Of a DNA stretch of 64,000 nucleotides, positions 44,177-57,661 are shown in pieces. This stretch comes from Azolla caroliniana (lineage: Eukaryota; Plantae; Polypodiophyta). The stretch lies in the NCBI GenBank assembly GCA_043228905.1, contig JBHGNT010000004.1, positions 24,118,001 through 24,182,000 on the forward strand, given 5' to 3'. Position 1 is the stretch's first letter. Every line of letters starts with the position of its first letter. A program made the translations under genes and the position numbers. The notes beneath the pieces are model-generated. The model made no database searches. It saw nothing but the letters and a program-made list of their open reading frames with translations, and was not told where the DNA came from.

Positions 44177-47100
44177 CAAACCATGTACAATACATCAAAA
44201 CATGTGCATGTGTGTAAGGGCCGGTTCACGCACACTATTCACCGATTCCTCCAAGGGACGGTTTTCTCCACGACATCCGCCCCCACCTAACCGCGCATCC
44301 ACTGGTATGCGCTAGAATAGACCTTTGCCGGAGAAGACTGGCCTGCGCTTATCTTTCGTTCTCTGAATCGCCATCCACTTCGAACCGGTCGCCGTTGCTA
44401 TCCATGTCCTCTTGGTCCGGTTCGTCCTCGTGCCGCTTCTTGGACGCCTTGATCCTCTTCCCGACCACCGGCACAACTATTCTCATTTCGTTGAGCTCCG
44501 CGAGATGGTAGGTGCCGTTGTTGTTGGTGCTTGTCACCACGTAAGGCCCGAACCACCTCCTCGTAAATTTCCGCATCACATTGTGCTGGTTGTCGAGGCT
44601 ACTGTCGTAGACCAAAACCCAGTTGCCTTCCTCGATTTTCCTTGGTTGTAGTCGGTGAGTCCGGTCGAATTGCCCCTTGTTCTTTTTCCTTGCCGCGCGT
44701 AGCTTCGCCGTTGCTCGTTCCACGTCCTTCGGTCTTCGCTCGAGCTGTCGGATTTGTGCCGCTAACAGCTCCTCCCGGCTCATCTCGTCTCTCCAGTCCA
44801 CCGCGGTCCATGAGGAGATCGTTTGCTCCATCGGCATGATCGGCTTTTGCCCGTACATCAGCTCCACCGGCATGAACCCGATCACCGAATTGTGCGTAGT
44901 TTGGTCCGCCCACAACGCATAAGGTAGGAGCCGCGGCCAATTCCTGAGTTGAACTTCACATGCCCGTACCACCGCCTTTACAATTGGCCCATGTCCGCGT
45001 TCCACCATCCCATTTTCCATCGGATTGTACGCCGTAGTGAGCGAGAGTTTAACCCTTGACCGATCAAACAACTCTTCGGCCTCTTGTGCATCCAGTTCTC
45101 CACGGTCCGCTACGATCTTCCCTACGCACCCATATTGACATACCACCTCTTCAATTAGGAACTGGCACACGACCGCGGTCGTCTTGTTCGGTAATGCTCG
45201 ACCCTCCACTTGGTTCGTCATGTCCTCTCGTGCTAGCACCATGTATCGCATTTGCCCTACCCCCATCGGCATCGTCACCAGATCCACCATCCACTTGAAG
45301 TGGATGGTTGGAGGGTAAGTCGGATGGAGATTGTCCCGATGTCGGACTACGGAATGCATTTGACAGCTTTCGCAAGTCGTTATGAACCGATGCAGGTCCC
45401 GATACAGTCCCGACCACCAGTACTTCTCCTTCAGCTTCTCGAATGTGGCCCATGTCCCCCGATGTCCGGCCCAAGGACTCTCGTGGTACGCCGTCAACAA
45501 TGCTTCCTGCTCCTCTTCCTTGCCACTACCCGGAGTGGGACGCCGTCTCGCTTCTTCGGGTGCTTCCATATGCTTCCATCCCGTAGGAAGAATTGGTAAG
45601 CTTTCTTCCAGATCCGGTTAGCCTCTTCCTTCGTCCACCCCGCGTCCATCGTCATCGTTTTCAGGAACCCACTGATCTGGAGCCACTCCCCGTCGTACTT
45701 GCTCTCGTCGAACTCGTTAAGCGTCGGAGTGCCCCCCTTTCTCGTCGTCACGTAAGCCATCTCGAAGAAGTCCACGTTGACTTCCTCGTCCTCTGAAACC
45801 ATGCCGCCCTCGTCATCAAACCTCGCTCTCGAAAGCTTCTCGGCCATGGCGTTGTCCTTCTCGGAGATGTGCCGTATCTCCAAATTCAGGGACTTAATGT
45901 ACGCTATCCACCTGAGCATTGCCAGGTCCGACGTCGCGCATCCGGAAACCATACCAAGAATCGGTAGGCAGTCCATCTCTATTATTACCTTTGTGCCTAT
46001 CAGGTAGTCTTTGTCGGCCTTGACCGCCGAAACGATACCCCAGAGTTTGTGTTTAACCTGGGCGTATCCTTGCTGTCGCTCACTAAGTACTTTCGCACCA
46101 AACCGGATGGGGAACCTCGTGCCGTTCTCATCCTCCTAGTTGAGCACCCATCCGATTCCGGTCGGACTCGTGTCTCCGATTACATAAATCGAAACATGTT
46201 TACTGTAGACCGCTTTCCGGAGTGCCGGTGCCGCGGCAAGCGCTTCTTTCATTTTCCGGATTGACTCCGCATGCTCCCCGCTCCATTCGAACTTGCGCCA
46301 TTTCTTCAACAACCCATAGAGCGGCTCCGAGATATGGGCGTAATGCGGGATCCAAATGTGGTAGAATGTGCAAGCTCCCAAGAACCTCTGGACTTCTGTA
46401 ACCGTCCTGTAGTCTTCCTTCATCGCGGAGATAGCTTCCACCTTAGCCAGAGACAGTTTCCGGCCATACGGCCCGCACAGGTGCCCAATGGCCATGATTT
46501 CTGACTGTCCAAAAGCCGATTTCTCCCCGGAGAAGGTGAGCCATGCGCCTTCCAGCTTCTGTAGCACCTTCTCGCAGTCCCCAATTTGGTCCGAGACGAA
46601 TTTCTGACACCCGTCCGGTCTGACCATTTCGTCCTGATCCTCCACGGGACATCCCTTGATTGGAATGTCATCCAAAAACGGCATGGTGATGTCTAGGATG
46701 CAATCCCTTAGCACCTTATTCATCGCATTCACCATGTGCGCTACCGAGTTTGTCACCCCTTGCGGAAGGGTACACATCCGCACTAGGCCGAGAGGAGTCC
46801 GCATTGTCGTAATATCCCTGCTCTCCACAACTAGTTGGAATTGGTCGTACCCCGAGTACAGATCCCCGACCGAGCAGGTCCTGAATAAAGCGCAATGTGC
46901 CGTTCTTCTTTGGCACGGTAAACCACCGATTCGAGTATGGGGCACTCGACGGTTCGAGGATGCCCATCTTCACCTTCTGCTTCAACAGCTCCATTAGCTT
47001 CAGGATGTGAGCTCTGGGCACTGGAATCAGTTTGAGATTTCACAACACATGTGGTACCGTGAAGATAACCATCGGCTCAACGACCGTCGGGTCTACGCAC

Positions 47101-50100
47101 CCAATCTCTTCCGGCGAGAATGCGAAGGCCTTCCCGTGCCTCCTAAGCATTCTCCGAAACCGTTCCTCCTTCGTTGCTAGTAGAAAGCCACCCCCACCAA
47201 CCTTGAGCTCCCGAAGCGTTATGTTGGTGAACCGGTGTCCTATGCCGGTCGGATCTCGTAGACTTGGGTCCGACACGACCCCTTTCATCCGTAACTCGCT
47301 GCCCTCCGGCAAGGGTGCCGCGATTGGCCTCACCTTCCGGTCCACAGTCTTGTACTTCGTATGCACATGGGTCGTCTGATCTAACTCGACCCTCTCCCCA
47401 AAGTCGGCGATGACTTCAAACATCATTTTCGAACTAACCGGAATTGTTTGGTCTTCGCTGAGGCCTTCTTTGAACACCTTCTTCAATTCTCCCAAGGTGT
47501 CATCGAAAGAGACCGCCTCCATGGCTCCACCAATCTCATCGTCAGGGCCTAGGGCTCCACACGCCCTGAGACATCCCTCTGCCTGTTTCTTCTCCCGGCC
47601 GCTAATGCCGGTTATCGTACAACCTCTGTTGTCAGAGAACCAAAATTTCCTATCTATAGTACATGGCTTCCTTGCTATGGTACACATGTGGGGTGTTTTT
47701 GGGGTGTCCGGACTATCGCGCCCCCCCTCTAAAAATCCCCTCGGCTTTCGCCGCCGAGGGTCTCACGGTTGCGCTCGTGGTTCGGTCGCACGGTCAGAAA
47801 CTGGACGGAGTGTCATCCATCTTGGCTCTTCACGCGTGCGTACGCCGAACTGTTATCCAACACCTTCGTCTCCATGCGTGCTGCCATAATGTACAGTTCT
47901 CCGAGTATCACTGGATGCGAGGATGTCTCCTGCACGAAGAAGTGTTGGTCAATCTCGACATCAGGGTCGAAGCATGCTACGATGTACCAACTTTTGGCCA
48001 AAACTTTAGTACTAATTCCATGTGGAGGGAAAACTTCAAAATGTAAAAATAAATCCAATATTTGGGTTTAAAAAGTTGACCACTTGTCTTAAAATTAAAA
48101 GTCACATTCAATGAAAATAGAATTCAAATACAAATAAACATCACTTGTGTTAAAATCCTATGTCATGTTGTAAGGAGGTCTTAACTATATAAGATCTCGA
48201 GTCGTCTGTCAATCATCCACTCTGTCTCTCTTGGCAATTAACAAGTTTATGTCGAACTGTCAGTTAGTTAGTCAGTTAGTCTCTCTCTCTCTGTTTACAC
48301 TTGGTAATTCCCTAGCTTCGTACCTCTTCTCTCTCGCACTCTTTCCTTCCCTCTTCTACTTGAGAATTCATTACGTTCATACCCCCCTCCCTCCCTCCCT
48401 CCCTCCCTCTTCCAACTTCTGCACAGGTTTCTCCACATTCTCTGCTCACTCTGCAAACCCTAAACCCATTCCTTGCCTATTGTGTCCTCTTTGCAACAAC
48501 AATACACTGTGACCTCGTTGTTCTGTGTCATCGTTACATCGACATCAGGTGTTGTACTGTGTCCTCGTTGTACTGTGTCCTCGCTGCATCAACATCAGGT
48601 CTTCAATTGTGTCCTCGTCATGTCCTCTTTGCAACAACAGTACATTGTGACCTCGTTGTTCTGTGTCGTCATTTCATCGACATCAGGTGGTGTACTGTTT
48701 CCTCGCTGCATCGACATCAGGTCTTCAACTGTGTCCTTGTCGTGTCCTCTCTCTCGGGTATTCTCTCTCTCAACCGTTGTACTGTGTCCTCTGTTGGCCA
48801 CGTTCTCTCTCTCAAGGGTTCTCTGAAGTGTGGTTTTCACACTATGTCCTCTTCGCATCGGTTTAGGGTTTGCTCGTCATGTTCCCTCTACCTCCAAGTG
48901 TTCCCTCATACCTGGTTCCCTCTACCCGGTGTGTTTCAATCGCGTCCCCTCTTCAAAGACTTCGACAACGACATTTGCTACTTGTTTTACACTATATTTG
49001 TATGTTTGATTCTATCTGTTTTTGTCATTTTCTATTTGTTTCTTACATCTGCAACCATAATGATGTTTGGGGCATGTTTATCTATATGTTTGATTCTATC
49101 TGTTATTATCGTTGAGGGTTTTGTTGTTGTTGTTGTTGGTCTCGCTTGATCATTTGATCATTTGAGCGCATTGTACATGCATATGCTTTAAATTGAGAGT
49201 CGGACAACATGTGTATATGTCAAGTATCGGGAGTTAACATTATGTTTCATATCCGACATCTCCTTGAATAGTATATTATTTAATATTGTTTACTATTGTT
49301 GTGCATGATTTACTGTTATTTACTATTGTTGTGCATGTGAGGCGAAGAAGAGAGACAAGATTCACATGACAAGGAAGACACCCACAAAGAAGAAAATGGT
49401 CACTGAAAATGTCATCACACCATGCAAGGAAAGAGAAAGGACCCCCATCAAAGAAAGTAAGATGACCCTCGCCAAAGGGAGGTCATGGTTTTCAGCAACT
49501 CAGGGCAAAAAGGTTCACACAAACATCTTTTGAGGTTCAAAATTGGGATGGGTTATTTCCTTCGTGCACGACCTGACACTTATGAAGACGTAGACATGTG
49601 GATGAAGCAAACTTGGGGCTCATCACAACCCGAGTCACGGAGAGGTTTCCACCCCACTCAATTGAAGAAGGATTATATCATTGAACTAAAGTCACGATAT
49701 GAACAAGTTTATGATACGAAACATATCCTAAACAATGAGGTAGGATCTGTCTTTGCACGTGCATTTGCATGTGAACTCCATGGTGACATTGAAGTTGATT
49801 GGGAAGATTTTGCTCATCATCGATCATCACATTATAGAGGGTCCTCAAGTACCAACACTACCATGAAGTCTGAGGGTACCTCTCATATTGAAATCCCAAC
49901 TCGGACATCTGTGTTGACTCAACAAATTACAAAACAGTAAGCCACACTGATAGAAAAACATGAAGAGCGATTGTTGCGCTGTATAGCTTCCATGCAAACA
50001 AAAATGCAAGCATTGCTGGCCGATTTGGAAGAAGTTTCATCTGGTGAGATGGCAGCAAAGAAACAATTCACATTTAGGTCGATTAAATACGAATGGATTG

Positions 50101-50739
50101 CATCAACAATCCAAAATTCTGAAAGTGATGTGTTAAAAGAGGAATTGAAGAAAGAGCTCACAAGTATGGGCACTCATCTGGAAGCACAGAAGAAAGTTCT
50201 AGAGACATGGCGGTCTTCTCGTAATGAAATTGATGAGCAATTATCAGCCTTAAAGCTGCATTAAGAGAATCTAACATGTTTGATGAAGGGTCTAAAAGAA
50301 AAAGGTTTGGATACTCTATGTCCAGACGTAGTTGAGCACCCCGCTTGCATGGAAAGTACAAATAGAAGCATTACTATATCACGATAATGTTTATATTTCT
50401 CCTTTTTGACCTTCTATGGTATAAAATATCATTGGTACTAATATAGTGTATGTTGTGTCTCGTTACTGAAGGTGTTTATTCTGTGGCCTTGGATTCAAGC
50501 TTGAGTCTATGTATGCTATCATTACACCATGCTTGCACACATATCATTTGTTATGTGCTAAGTACCATTTCGAGAAAGAAAATATATGTTTGGACTGTAA
50601 AAGTACAGTTGGAGCCGAATGGTACCTAGCTTGAGGTTTAAAAGTACACTCCTATGGTACGTGATTAAGCATTATGCAATTTTTATACCATGAATTTATA
50701 ATTTTACTTTTGGTTTTGTTCTTACAGTTGGATCCAAGA

Positions 50740-51560
50740 TGATCAGTCAATTTAGTGCAGATTATTTAGTACTAAATGTCTTAAATGTTTAGTTGTATAA
50801 CTTGTATTAGTATTAACATTGTTTATTGCATTGTTGCTTTGCCTGATTAAGTACTAACAATACTTATTCCATTGCATTACTTCGTGATCATTTGATTTAG
50901 TATTGATTATTTAGTATGGAGAGTCTTAAATGTTTAGTTGTTTAACTCGTACTAGTACTAACATTGGTTAATTGCATTGTACTTTTTGTGTCCACTTTAC
51001 TTAGGTTTTCCATAACCGAACAAATAGGCATGTCGGTCTTAGTTGTTTAGTACTAACATTGCTCCTTACCATCAGAAATATGCATGTCCAGGTGGTTCAG
51101 TACTATTCCTTTAAGATCCTAAGATGTTGATTAAGTACTAACAGTACTTTTTGAGTCCACTTGACTTAGGCTTTGCATAACCAAACAAATAGGCATGAAG
51201 GTCTTTGCTTTTTAGTACTAACATTGTTCATTACTAGATGAAATATGTGTGTCCGGGTGGCTTAATACTAATCCTTTAAGTTCCTAAGATGTTGATTAAG
51301 TACTAACATTACTTAATACATTGTATTCCTTTATGATCAATTGATTCAGTATTGATTATTTGGTACGACAGGTCCTAAATGTTTAGTTGTATAATTTGTA
51401 TTAGTACTAACATTGCTTATTGCATTGTACTTTTTGTGTCCACTTGAATTAGGATTTGCATGACCGAACAAATAGACATGAATGTGTTGGCTTTTTAGTA
51501 CTAACATTGTTCGGATCCAGATGAAATATGCATATCCAGGTGGATCAGTACTATATTTGT
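50740..51560. repeat. AGTACT-rich degenerate repeat tract
   Basis: Many TTAGTACTAA/AGTACTAACA copies in ~120-180-bp degenerate units. Confidence 0.75.
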
Positions 51561-51996
51561 TATTTTGGACTCATGTTATAATATGTACTCTTATAATATG
51601 TATGCTTATAATATGAATGTTGTAGTTTCTAGCAACACCACACCAGGGAAGGTAATTGACAAACCAGGCCCCGCGTTACTACGTACAGAGTCTGCTGCAA
51701 ATTCCAAAGTCCACGGTCGTTCCTTAGTGGTACTTGATGAAGTTTATGATGAAGATGAATGTATGAGAAAGGCCATTGGAACAATTGAAGATGTGATTCT
51801 TGAAACAAAATCTCCAAGCTCGGCACACCCTAACTCTGTGAATGATTGTTGTGGTGGGTAATACAAATTCTCACAAACTTGTGGCTGTTGTCATCTTCAT
51901 GAGTTAGACTAATACTGCATACTTTTGTTTTTAGACAAGGAAGAAAAGAGTAATGAAAATGGAGTCACAGATTTAGAGCCACAATATGAAGAAGAA

Positions 51997-54900
51997 TGTT
52001 GAGAGACAAGCTCAACATCGGCCGGATCGGCTGAAGAAGCCAAGGACCGGATCGGTTGGGACCGATTGGTTAAGCCGTTAGGAAAGATATTCCGTGAGGA
52101 ATATATTTGGGAGTCAGTGTAGGAGCTCTTAATGAGCATTGAAGTACTGTCAGTACTTCGGTCAGTCCTTCTAGGACTTGTACAAAGTGTTCATTGAACA
52201 CATATATGTATTGTCTTTGTTTTTTGTTTTTCTGAATATACATATTCTCTCTCTCTGTCTCTCCCGCGTATACTGCGTAAGCTCAAGCTCTCCATTAAAC
52301 CTGAGTGTTCTTCCTTCTGTTCTGTCTTTATACTTGCTTCCGCACGCTACTTTCTACATGGTATCAGAGCGCGAGGGTTGAGAACCTCTCTGCAGCCGAC
52401 ACAGCTTGACGAAGAAGAACGATGGATAGAGGCATGGCGAGCTCGCTTCCAACAGAGAAGCTCGACAGAACCAACTACGCGTCTTGGTCCTACAAGATGC
52501 ACCAGTACCTGCTCGGGCACGACTACTGGAGTTATGTCGAAGGAGCTAATGACGCGGCACCCGAATCGACACACAGAGACTTCCCGTCATGGGAGCAATC
52601 GGCGAGTAGGGTATTATACTGCTTCGCGTTGTGTGTGGGCGAACAACTATTGAGCTATGTTCGGGATGCAAAGACGCTGAAGGGTGCGTGGGAAAATCTG
52701 AAGAAGATTTTTGCCGCGAGCACCATAGCCAGGAAGCTTTAGCTCCGACAGGAGTTGAGCAACCTACGACAACGCGACTTGTCAGTGGTGGACTATACCT
52801 CGAAGATCAAGGATATTTGCGACTCCCTCGCCTCCATAGAGGTGAACATCGAGGAGAGCGAGATGGTCCAGATCTGTCGCAGAGGTTTGGCGTTGAAGTT
52901 CGGAGCGTTCCGAACGGCTGTGTGTACTCGGGAGAATACGCCGTCCTTTTTTGACTTACAGTCAATGCTCCTGGTAGAGGAGAACCACGCGGGTGCGTCT
53001 ACAAGCACGCACACCGACAACAGAATGTTGTACACGGAGGGAGATAGGCCCCGTGGACGTGGAGGACAAGGCGAGTCGGCACGCAATGGAGGCGTCCGAT
53101 GAGATCAAGGAAGAAGGCACCAAAGTGATGCCGACAACAACTCCGGACCCTCCAGAAACAGGGGGAGTCGAAGCGATGAGAACCGGCAAGGGAAGGCCAT
53201 CGTGGAGTGCTGGTACTGTGGCAAGAAAGGCCACAAGGAAAGTGAGTGCTGGAAGAAGCGCGCCAATTCAGAGAGAACCGGTTCCGGAAACGGCTCCAGA
53301 CATACCGACAAGGCAAATCGGCAGCGATCGCACTACGCCGAAGACTCCGGGAGAGCCGGAGAAGGGTCTGCCTTCATGACGAGACACGAAGCAAACTCAA
53401 TGAAACAGAGCACCCCGAGATCGGACGAGGTGTGGTACGTAGACTCCGGCGCGTCAAACCACATGACGAGCCATAAGGAGTGGTTCTCGTACCTTGAAAA
53501 ATCGATACAACCTGGAGTAGTCGCAATAGGAGAAGACACTCCGCATCCGATCGCGAATGTCGGAGAAGTTCCCCTTAGCTATGTCGGGCAGAAAGGGAAA
53601 CTCATGAACGTGCTGCACGTTCCGACAATCACGAAAAACTTGGTCTCGCTCGAACAGATCGTCAACCAAGGGATGGAGGTTCGGTTTACACACCTCGGGT
53701 GCTTCATTGAGGAAGAAGGCCGTGTGATTGCGCAAGGGCACAGAGACGGGAGGATGTTCATCCTCGACTCCACTGACGGCGGCACCGCAATATTCGCGAA
53801 GGGACAAAAATCCGAGTCGGACATCGACTTGTGGCACAAGCGGATAGGCCACGTCAACCACTAGTGGCTTCAAGATATGCAATCGAAACAGGTAGTGTTA
53901 GGATTACCCAAATTTAGTGGCCGAAAGGCACAATTTGTGAAGCCTGCCAGCTCGGGAAGCAACACCGACTTCCTTTCTCCAACGAGCGAAACCGGAGCCG
54001 GAACAAGCTCGACCTTATACACTCCGATGTATGGGGGCCGACACAAAACGTTAGTCTTGGCGGGAGCCGATATTTCGTCTCCTTCATCGACGACCACACG
54101 CGACACACGTGGATCTACCTCATTGAGAGGAAGAGCGAAGTCTTCGACTGCTTTCGGGACCTCAAAGGGTTCGTGGAAACGGAAACGAGACGAAAGATCA
54201 AGTGCCTGCGGTCGGATGGCGGGAAAGAGTACTTCTCCGGTCAATTCAACGGTTATCTACAACAAATGGGAATTCGGCGCGAATTCAGTTGTAGATACAC
54301 GCCTGAGCAGAACGGCGTGGCCGAGAGGAAGAATCGGTCAGTTGTGGAAGCGGCACGGGCAATGCTGGAGGAGAAGAGCTTGCCCAAGTTCTACTGGGCC
54401 GAGGCGGTAAGGACCGCGGTATACATCCAGAACTGGATCGGAGACAAAGTGTCAGCGCACGAGCTATATTTCGGAACGAAGCCGAACTTGCGACACTTGA
54501 GGGTGTTCGGTAGCATTGTGTATGTGCATATACCGAAGGAGAAAAGGAGGAAGCTGGACGCAAAGGTCGAGAAATGCATCTTGGTCGGTTACTCGGACGA
54601 GCAGAAGGGTTATAAGTGCTATAACCCTCGCACCAAACAAGCGTGTGTCAGCCGCGACGTTGTGTTTGACGAGTCCACGTCTTGGTACCTGCCCCCGACT
54701 ACGAACCCCGACTCCAATCTGAGCTTTGACGATGAGGTTAGTGAGGCCGAGATGCCTCCGGATGAGCCCGAAATTGAGACCTGCGAAGAGAGTCCGATTT
54801 CACTCCGGTTAAGTGGACCGATTGGACGACTGAGTCGGTACGACCAGTCCGATAAAGAGCCGACGAGTAGTGGAGACTCGGCCGTGCATTCCCCGCACAT

Positions 54901-57661
54901 GAAGCCGAGGAGACGGCTTACACGCAAAGAGAAAGGGAAGAAGAAGGTGTCGGATTCCGGCACGGATAGGAACGAGTCAGACCGACGCGAGTCCGACTCT
55001 GAGGGAACCGGTGACGGGTCTTTAAAAGTGAAGTCCGTGTCGATCGAGAAGGCCTCGACATCGGCTAATGCGAGATTACGCCGATCTACCCGCTAGAAGA
55101 ATCCTGTTTTGCGGTTCGGATACAACGAGTACATGGCGCATCATTATGCGTACATGACCCGTGTAGCGGAAGTGCGTGAGCCGGAGAGCTACGTAGAAGC
55201 GGCTAAAGACGCGAATTGGCGTGCCGCGATGGAGGAAGAGATGCACGCATTGGCGGAGAACGAGACCTGGGACCTGGTTGACGCACCAAGAGGGGTAAAA
55301 CCGATCGGGTGTAGGTGGGTGTACAAAGTCACGTACAACACTGATGGCTCGGTCAACCGGTACAAGGCTCGGCTAGTGGCAAAGGGCTACGCGTAGAAAC
55401 ATGGCATCGACTACGATGAGACATTTGCGCCGGTCGCAAAAATGACGACCGTCCGTGTTTTGCTCGCAGTAGCCGCGGCCAAGGGGTGGCACCTACATCA
55501 AATGGATGTAAAGAATGTGTTCCTGCAAGGTGACCTTGAGGAACAAGTGTACATGGTACAGCCCCCCGGATTTCACTCCGGAACGAACTCCTCGGCAGTA
55601 TGCCGACTGAAGAAGTCCCTTTACGGACTGAAGCAAGCCCCACGTGCCTGGAACGCGTAGATCACGCAACAACTGCGTCGGATGGGCTTCGTCACATCAA
55701 AATCGGACTCTTCCCTGTTCATCCGGAAAGGTCGACTCAGACCGGTTAGTATTCTACTATATGTCGATGACTTGGTCATCACCGGCGCCGACCTAGGTGA
55801 AATCGACCGCATGAAGCTCCAGCTTGCGGCATCGTTCGACATGAAGGATTTGGGGGACCTTCATTACTTCCTCCGGATCGAAGTGATCCGTACCCCCGAA
55901 GGCATATTGATTAGCCAACGTCATTACGTGTTGGGTATGCTCTTCAAACTCGGGATGGCCGACTGTAAGTCCGTCTCGACTCCTCTGGATAGAACCATCA
56001 AGCTTCGTCCCGACACGGGAGAGGTATGCAACCCGACGAGGTTCCGACAAATTGTCAGAAGCCTCATATACTTGACCATCACCCGACCCGACCTCAGTTA
56101 TCCGGTCGGGGTGATCAGTCAGTTCATGGCGCGACCTACCGAGGAGCACCTTCAGTGTGCGCAACGCGTACTGCGGTACATAAGTGGCACTAAGGACCGC
56201 GGACTGCTATATCGGACCGGTGCAGCCGCGCAGTTAGTCGGCTACATCGATGCTGATTGGGCTGGCAACGCTGCCGATCGCCGATCCACGTTCGGATACG
56301 CGTTCTCCCTCGGGTGTGCCGCGATCGCGTGGAGCAGTAAGAAGTAGCCGACAGTTGCAATGTCGAGCACCGAAGCTGAGTACTGAGGAGCGGCTGTCGC
56401 GACATGCGAAGCCATATGGTTGAAGCGGCTACTTAAGGACCTGCAAGCGGAGGTGTTAGATCCGACGACGATCTACTGTGACAACCTCAGTAGCATCCAG
56501 CTCGCGAAGAACCCTGTTTTCCACGCATGGACCAAGCACATTGAGGTGCACTACCGTTTCGTTCGTGTGCGTGTCCTTTCCGGTGAAGTCGAACTTCAGT
56601 ACGTGCCGCTGGATCGGTAGATTGCCGACATCTTCACCAAGCTTCTTGGTCTGGACAAGTTGTGGCAATTCTCAGGTGCGCTCGGCTTGCGTCACGTTGA
56701 CGTGCCGAACTTGAGGGGGAGAACAGTCCCGAACGACCAAGCAAGGCAGAAGGAAAGGAGCGGAGACCGCAACACCGAGTCGTTTGTCCGCGACACCGAG
56801 TCGTTTGTCCGCGACATCAAGTCGGTTGTCTGCGACACCGAGTCGGTTGTCGAGTTTGACTTCGGATCGGCTGAAGAAGCCGAGGGCGGACCCATCGGAA
56901 AAGTCCGGAAGCGGACAGAAGGGGAGCAGCCGAAGGAGAGAGCCGAAGCCAATCACGGATGGGGGAGATGACGCCATCGAGGGCGAGAAGACCGAAGACG
57001 AGTTGGAGACAGCCAACTCAGACGAGAGCGAAAACCGATCGGAGGTAGCCGAGTCGGTTCGGATGTTTGATTCAGACACGTTGAATCAACCAAGGCCCAA
57101 GCGGAAGAAAAGGCAGCAGAAGAAGTATCGACACCGCAACAGCAGAAGAGCTGATAAGGGCCACATGAGCAGACAAGCCGACCGGAAGGGTCAAAGCGCG
57201 CGGAGTCGAACAGGTTGAGGAACACGAGCGAGGCGTGAAGCCAGGAGGAACCGGAGCTGTGAAGATCCCGAAGAGCCTCAAGTTGAGCTTGAGGGGGAGT
57301 GTTGAGAGACAAGCTCAACATCGGCTGGATCGGCTGAAGAAGCCAAGGACCGGATCGGTTGGGACCGATCGGTTAGGCCGTTAGGAAAGATATTCCGTGA
57401 GGAATATATTTGGGAGTCAGTGTAGGAGCTCTTAATGAGCATTGAAGTACTGTCAGTACTTCGGTCAGTCCTTCTAGGACTTGTACAAAGTGTTCATTGA
57501 ACACATATATGTATTGTCTTTGTTTTTTGTTTTTCGAAATATACATATTCTCTCTCTCTGTCTCTCCTGCGTATATTGCGTAAGCTCAAGCTCTCCATTA
57601 AACCTGAGTGTTCTTCCTTCTGTTCTGTCTTTATACTTGCTTCCGCACTCTACTTTCTACA
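51997..57661 (+). mobile_element. Full-length but decayed Ty1/Copia retrotransposon
   Basis: 362-bp LTRs at 51997-52358 and 57300-57661. TSD AAGAA (51992-51996, 57662-57666), PBS TGGTATCAGAGC at 52359-52370, PPT GAGGGGGAG. Confidence 0.95.
52434..56720 (+). pseudogene. Copia gag-pol with multiple stops and a frameshift
   Basis: CWYCGKKGHKESEC, YVDSGASNH, LRSDGGKEY, PEQNGVAER and LYVDDL motifs. Confidence 0.92.

Larger units (their letters stand above)
38278..47963 (-). mobile_element. Second Phygy-like Gypsy (3' LTR 38278-44275 split by Copia; decayed INT-RH-RT-PR), cut at 47963
   Basis: LTR TGTCGTG...CACGACA and PPT GGTGGGGGCGGA. Pol fragments are homologous to 8571-12501 (PFLDD, HESPWAGHRG, DQHFFVQE), with frameshifts and an RT deletion near 46870. 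Confidence 0.88.

Noticed and set aside
56660-57299. Possible env-like extra ORF 3' of Copia pol
   Set aside because: Short, low-complexity charged frames built on 21-bp repeats, with no transmembrane or other motif.
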